Shown piece after piece: positions 59,674-64,000 of a DNA stretch of 64,000 nucleotides (its first letter is position 1; every line of letters starts with the position of its first letter). Below the pieces are notes generated by a model. It was not told where the DNA came from and searched no databases. It saw nothing but the letters and a program-made list of their open reading frames with translations. The stretch comes from Thermoproteota archaeon (GTDB taxonomy: Archaea > Korarchaeota > Korarchaeia > Korarchaeales > Korarchaeaceae), in NCBI GenBank assembly GCA_027492205.1, contig JAOZFN010000007.1, positions 219,278 through 283,277 on the forward strand, read 5' to 3'. A program made the position numbers and the translations under genes.

Positions 59674-59942
59674 TTCTTACGACCCCTCAACGTCGCCGGG
59701 GCCAGCAGAACTGCCACGCCGGCGAAGCCCGCCACGATGTAGCCGATCGCGTCTGGGAGACCCGGAACCGTGTAGTCCGGCAGGATCCCTCCCCAGATCG
59801 GCTCTCCCTCGGTCAGGCCGACGGCCTCGGCGGCCACCTCGAGGGGCTCGCGATACCCTACCACCTCGGCCCCGATCACGCCGAAGAGTGGGCTCGCCAC
59901 GACTAGGAAGATTATGACGGTGAGGGCCTTCCTGCTGACCAC
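59670..59942 (-). CDS. NikN/PDGLE-type small membrane subunit
   Basis: EPLEVAAE..G...GILPDYTVPGL, two TM segments. Confidence 0.85.
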   Translation of the reverse strand: MVSRKALTVIIFLVVASPLFGVIGAEVVGYREPLEVAAEAVGLTEGEPIWGGILPDYTVPGLPDAIGYIVAGFAGVAVLLAPATLRGRKK

Positions 59943-59948
59943 GCCAGA

Positions 59949-60578
59949 TCACCCCCGGTAGAGGATCTCGGGAGACCTCCTCGCGAGGTACGAGATCACG
60001 GCGCCTGTGGCTACCCCCTCCACCAACCCCAGGGCGAAGTGCCAGGCGGTCATGATGGGGACAGTGACCGAGAGGGGGTATCCGAACTGGGGGGAGAGGC
60101 CCATCTCAACCCCGCACGCCGCGGCGGCCAGGGTTATGCCAACCCACCCCCCGAAGAAGGCCGCCAGGCCTCTCTTCTCCTCCCCCAAGAGCTTCAGGGC
60201 TGTCCTGTAGATCCAGTACCCTGCAAAGACGTCGACGACCGCCATGTTGAAGGCGTTTGCCCCCAGGGCGGTTATGCCGCCGTCGCCCATGAGGAGGCAC
60301 TGGACAACGAGGTTCAGGAACATGGCCAGGCAGCCGCCAAACGGGCCGAGGATGATGGCCGCGAGGGCCCCTCCCACGAGGTGCGCGCTGGTGCCCCCTG
60401 GGATCGGCCAGTTCAGCATCTGGGCCGCGAAGATGGCGGCGGCCGTTACCGACAGGGATGACACGTCTCCCCCTCCGTCAGAGAAGTACTTCCTGTGGCT
60501 AAACGCTATCACAGCCAGGGATATGGCGTAAAAGGCGAGAGAGGTTATGGGGTCCAGGAAGCCGTCGGGTATGTGCGT
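59949..60578 (-). CDS. cbiM: ECF Ni/Co transporter S component (NikM/CbiM), apparent ACG start
   Basis: ACG-CAC-ATA-CCC-GAC = (M)HIPDGFL; AIFAAQMLNWPIPGGTSAHLVG; GDGGITALGAN. Confidence 0.9.
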   Translation of the reverse strand, partial: THIPDGFLDPITSLAFYAISLAVIAFSHRKYFSDGGGDVSSLSVTAAAIFAAQMLNWPIPGGTSAHLVGGALAAIILGPFGGCLAMFLNLVVQCLLMGDGGITALGANAFNMAVVDVFAGYWIYRTALKLLGEEKRGLAAFFGGWVGITLAAAACGVEMGLSPQFGYPLSVTVPIMTAWHFALGLVEGVATGAVISYLARRSPEILYRG

Positions 60579-60615
60579 TTTCCCGCCCCCGGGGGTCCAG
60601 TTCCAATTGCTAATA

Positions 60616-60645
60616 GGTGTTACTAATTCCACTTAACGGTGTTAC
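60616..60645. promoter_or_regulatory. GGTGTTAC-N14-GGTGTTAC direct repeat, probable NikR-type operator (nikM/hypF divergent promoter)
   Basis: Half-sites 60616-23 and 60638-45; same sequence, spacing and orientation as the site at 56069. Confidence 0.72.
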
Positions 60646-60689
60646 TCACGGTGGGCGCCATTTTTTACCCCCCGACCGAGGATGAGGCG

Positions 60690-63023
60690 GTGCGCCCAAG
60701 ACCCCGCAAGGCCGCTGTCCTGAGGATCTCAGGCATAGTCCAGGGAGTTGGATTCAGGCCGTTCGTTCACAGGGCGGCGAGGAAGGCGGGAGTGGCCGGA
60801 TACGTCAGGAACATGGGCGGCAGCGAGGTGGAGATAAGGGTCGAGGGAGACGAGGGGCAGATAGCAGAGTTCCTGAGATTCCTGCTGCTGGAGAAGCCTC
60901 CTCCGGCCAGGATAGAGGAGCTCGCCATGGTCGAGGATCAGCCAACGGGCCTGAGGGAGTTCAAGATTCTCCCGAGCAGGAGGGGGGCCAGGCTCTACTC
61001 CATGATCCCCCCGGACCTGGCGGTGTGCGAGGACTGCATGAGAGAGGTCTACGACCCGCGGGACAGGCACTACCGATACCCCTTCAACAGCTGCGCCTGG
61101 TGCGGGCCCAGGTTCTCCATGATCGAGGCCGTCCCCTACGACAGGCCAAACACGTCCATGAGGGACTTCCCGCTATGCGACGACTGCCGGAGGGAGTACG
61201 AGGATCCCGATAACGTGAGGAGGTTCCACGCCCAGGGCATATCCTGCCCCAGGTGCGGGCCTAGGCTCTGGATGGAAGACTCTGCTGGAAACAGGCTCGA
61301 GGTGGAGGACCCGATCTCAGAGGCCGCCAGGCTGATCGATGAGGGCGCGGTGGTGGCGATAAAGGGAGTCGGCGGGTACCACATCGCCTGCCTGGCCACG
61401 GACGACGGGGTCGTGGCCCGACTAAGGGAGAGAAAGAGGAGGCCCCAGAAGCCCTTCGCTCTCATGGCCCTCGACCTAGACGCGGCGAGGGAGCACGTGG
61501 AGGTCGATCCTCAGGCGGAGGCCCTCCTGACCAGTCCGGAGAGGCCAATTGTCCTGCTGCCGAGGAGGCCCGGCTCGCCCATATCGGACCTGGTCGCGCC
61601 CGGGCTTGACACGGTCGGGGTCATGCTGCCCTATACGCCCCTGCACCACATGCTCCTGAGGGAGACCAGGGACCGCATCCTCATCATGACCAGCGGCAAC
61701 GAGCACGGCAAGCCCATGTGCACCGACGAGGAGTGCGCCAGGCGGAGGCTGTCCGGATTCGTGGATTACCTCCTCCACCACGACAGGCGGATCGTGAACA
61801 GGGTGGACGACAGCGTCGTCAGGTTCACCGCCGGCAGGGTGACCATGCTCAGGCGCGGCAGGGGTTACGCCCCCGCCTGGATAAGGCTTCCCGCCGAGCT
61901 GGAGAGACCCGTCGTGGCGTTCGGCGCGGAGCTTCAGAGCGCCGGGGCCGTGGCCTTCCGGGACAAGGTCGTGCTCACCCAGTTCATAGGGGACACCGAC
62001 GAGCTCGAGAACCTGGACTACCTCGACAGGGCCCTAAGGTTCTTCTGCGGCGCCTACGGCATAGATCCGGTCGAGGCCACGCTCGTGGCCGACGCCCACC
62101 CGGGATACGCGAGCCGGAGGCTCGCGGAGAGGTGGGCACGGCGCGCCGGGGTGGAGCTGGCGACGGTCCAGCACCACCACGCCCACATCCTCTCGGTCAT
62201 GGCCGAGCAGAGGGTGCCAGTAGGGGAGAGGGTCGTCGGCGTGGCGGTTGACGGCCTCGGCTACGGGCTGGACGGGACCCTCTGGGGAGGGGAGGTCCTC
62301 GTCGCCGGGTACGGGGGCTTCGAGAGGGTGGGGCACCTCGCGCCCCAGCCGATGCCCGGCGGCGACCTCGCGACCAGGTGGCCCGTCAGGATGCTGATCG
62401 GCGTGCTCTCCACGTTCATGTCGGACTCTGAGGTGATCGAGACGCTGTCACGACACGGGCTGACCGAGAGGCTGCCGAGGGGCGAGGTCGAGGCCAGGGT
62501 GGCCCTGTCGCAGGCCAGAGATCCGGGCGCGCCGAGGATATCCAGCGCCGGGCGGATCTTGGACGCCGTATCGGCGCTTCTCGGGGTCTGCTTCGAGAGG
62601 ACCTACGAGGGAGAGCCGGCGATGAAGCTGGAGGCCCGCGCGAGGGGTGGGAAACTGGTCGAGGGCGTCGAGGCCCCGGTTAGCCGGGGCGGCGTCGCGG
62701 TGGTGGACACCTCGCGCCTGGTCGAGTCCGTGATGGAGCGCCTGGGAGACGCCGACGCCGGGGACCTCGCCTACACCGCGACGTACCTGCTGGGGCGCGC
62801 GCTCGGTGAGGTGGCGGGGGAGGCCGCGGCGCGACTGGACGCCCACTTCGTGGCGGTCTCGGGGGGCGCCGCCGTGAACACCCTGCTCGTCAGGGGGGTG
62901 GAGGACGCCCTGGCCGAGCGGGACCTAGAGGTAAGGCTGAACTCGAGGGTTCCGGCCGGCGACGGGGGAATTGCCCTGGGCCAGGCTGCCTTCGCCCTCG
63001 CCCTGGGGCTGCGGGAGGGTTGA
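60690..63023 (+). CDS. hypF: Carbamoyltransferase HypF
   Basis: GIVQGVGFRPF acylphosphatase domain, two zinc fingers, KGVGGYH, QHHHAH, DGLGYG, PAGDGGIALGQ. Confidence 0.97.
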   Translation: MRPRPRKAAVLRISGIVQGVGFRPFVHRAARKAGVAGYVRNMGGSEVEIRVEGDEGQIAEFLRFLLLEKPPPARIEELAMVEDQPTGLREFKILPSRRGARLYSMIPPDLAVCEDCMREVYDPRDRHYRYPFNSCAWCGPRFSMIEAVPYDRPNTSMRDFPLCDDCRREYEDPDNVRRFHAQGISCPRCGPRLWMEDSAGNRLEVEDPISEAARLIDEGAVVAIKGVGGYHIACLATDDGVVARLRERKRRPQKPFALMALDLDAAREHVEVDPQAEALLTSPERPIVLLPRRPGSPISDLVAPGLDTVGVMLPYTPLHHMLLRETRDRILIMTSGNEHGKPMCTDEECARRRLSGFVDYLLHHDRRIVNRVDDSVVRFTAGRVTMLRRGRGYAPAWIRLPAELERPVVAFGAELQSAGAVAFRDKVVLTQFIGDTDELENLDYLDRALRFFCGAYGIDPVEATLVADAHPGYASRRLAERWARRAGVELATVQHHHAHILSVMAEQRVPVGERVVGVAVDGLGYGLDGTLWGGEVLVAGYGGFERVGHLAPQPMPGGDLATRWPVRMLIGVLSTFMSDSEVIETLSRHGLTERLPRGEVEARVALSQARDPGAPRISSAGRILDAVSALLGVCFERTYEGEPAMKLEARARGGKLVEGVEAPVSRGGVAVVDTSRLVESVMERLGDADAGDLAYTATYLLGRALGEVAGEAAARLDAHFVAVSGGAAVNTLLVRGVEDALAERDLEVRLNSRVPAGDGGIALGQAAFALALGLREG

Positions 63024-63044
63024 GCTCAGCCCGGGCCTGAAGGG

Positions 63045-63827
63045 TCAGGCGCCCAAGAACCTCCTGGCGTTACCGGCCACGAGATCCTCGACCTCGTCCA
63101 CTGGGGTACCGAGGCTGGCGAGGTGGTGCGCCACCTTCATCACGGCCAGAGGGTCCGAGTCCTCCCTGCCCGCGTCGCTGTTCACCACCATGAGGAGCCT
63201 GCGGTCGCGGGCGTACCTCAGGGCCTCGGCGACTTGCTCCTCCGTCAGCTTGCCCTGCTGAACTGTGAGCCCCAGGTAATATCCCCTGGGGACCTCCCGG
63301 AGCAGATCCAGCGTCAGGTGGTCGATGAGGACCCTCTCCGGCTGGAGCCTGGATTCCCGGAGGATCCTCAGCGCCAGCCGGAGGGCCTCGGCCTTCCCCA
63401 CCCTGGGGGTGTGGACTATCACGGGCCTGTCCAGCCTCTCGGCCATGTCCAGCTGCCTCGCGAAGACCTCCCTCTCGAGGTTAGAGCCCGTCTCCAGCCC
63501 AACCTCGCCCAGCACGTCGGCGCTGGGCAGGTACTCCTCCACGTAGGCCAAGGCGTCGGACCTGCCCGTCCGGGGGATGTTCCTGGGGTGGATCCCGACG
63601 CCTATCACGGGCCTGATGCCCACCCTCTCGAAGCGGTCCCTCTCCTCCTCGACGAGCCACTCGAACAGGTCCCTCAGGGTCGAGGCCGAGGAGGGCCTCA
63701 CCGGGATGTAGGCCAGGCAGGCCGCAGCCCGGTAGCTGGCCTCCCTGAGCATCACGAGGGTGGAGTAGTTGCTGAACTGGTGGTGGGAGTGGGGATCCAC
63801 TATCCTGATCCCCGCCAGCCCGCTCAT
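63045..63827 (-). CDS. TatD-related metal-dependent hydrolase
   Basis: DPHSH, GIHPR, GEVGLE, VHTPR, IDH, NSDA. Confidence 0.88.
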   Translation of the reverse strand: MSGLAGIRIVDPHSHHQFSNYSTLVMLREASYRAAACLAYIPVRPSSASTLRDLFEWLVEEERDRFERVGIRPVIGVGIHPRNIPRTGRSDALAYVEEYLPSADVLGEVGLETGSNLEREVFARQLDMAERLDRPVIVHTPRVGKAEALRLALRILRESRLQPERVLIDHLTLDLLREVPRGYYLGLTVQQGKLTEEQVAEALRYARDRRLLMVVNSDAGREDSDPLAVMKVAHHLASLGTPVDEVEDLVAGNARRFLGA

Positions 63828-63881
63828 CGCTTCGACCGAGGGCGAGGGGGTACTTATGCCTTCTCCCCCCTCCGGCGGCGG

Positions 63882-64000
63882 TCAGGCCTCTTCCAGGCCA
63901 CCCGGCCGCTTGGAGGAGTACCTCTCCAGGACCTCGTGGAAGCGGTCCCTCACGGGCTTGTAGGCCTTCTCGAAGAACTCCCTCTGGCTCAGCAGGACCT
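63882..64000 (-). CDS. C-terminal end of an unidentified protein (truncated by window edge)
   Basis: ...VLLSQREFFEKAYKPVRDRFHEVLERYSSKRPGGLEEA* with host-like codon use. Confidence 0.6.
   Translation of the reverse strand, partial: VLLSQREFFEKAYKPVRDRFHEVLERYSSKRPGGLEEA

Noticed and set aside
1-64000. CRISPR arrays, transposases, integrases, rRNA
   Set aside because: No regularly spaced repeats, recombinase/transposase motifs or rRNA-like sequence seen; tRNA 3' ends are not visibly duplicated as att sites

Overview
High-GC archaeal chromosome segment (TACK-like; exact lineage cannot be fixed from this window). 1-7.4 kb: end of the spc-type ribosomal protein operon (L6-L32e-L19e-L18-S5-L30-L15-secY-DUF106-L34e-L14e), then cbf5 interrupted by a 21-nt bulge-helix-bulge mRNA intron, then tRNA-Ser(GGA) and tRNA-Val(TAC). 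7.4-41 kb: housekeeping genes (TruA, CCA enzyme, enolase, pheST, peptidases, two radical SAM proteins, transporters), two VapBC loci (one inactivated), and a probable pantothenate/CoA salvage operon with a type II PanK. Two lower-GC islands each begin with a small aromatic-rich secreted protein: one decayed (14.6-16.4 kb), one intact with an ABC exporter and bracketed by duplicated methyltransferase genes (25.7-31.2 kb). 41-63 kb: respiratory island with a Tat-exported FdnG-type formate dehydrogenase and a Tat-exported group 1g/1h-like [NiFe]-hydrogenase, both with NrfD anchors, plus maturation genes (hypACDEF, Mrp-type HypB, protease, fdhDE) and a Ni ECF importer. Its nikM appears to start at ACG, and an identical GGTGTTAC-N14-GGTGTTAC repeat precedes both the hydrogenase and the Ni importer. 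Family assignments come from motif recognition only; no database searches were run.
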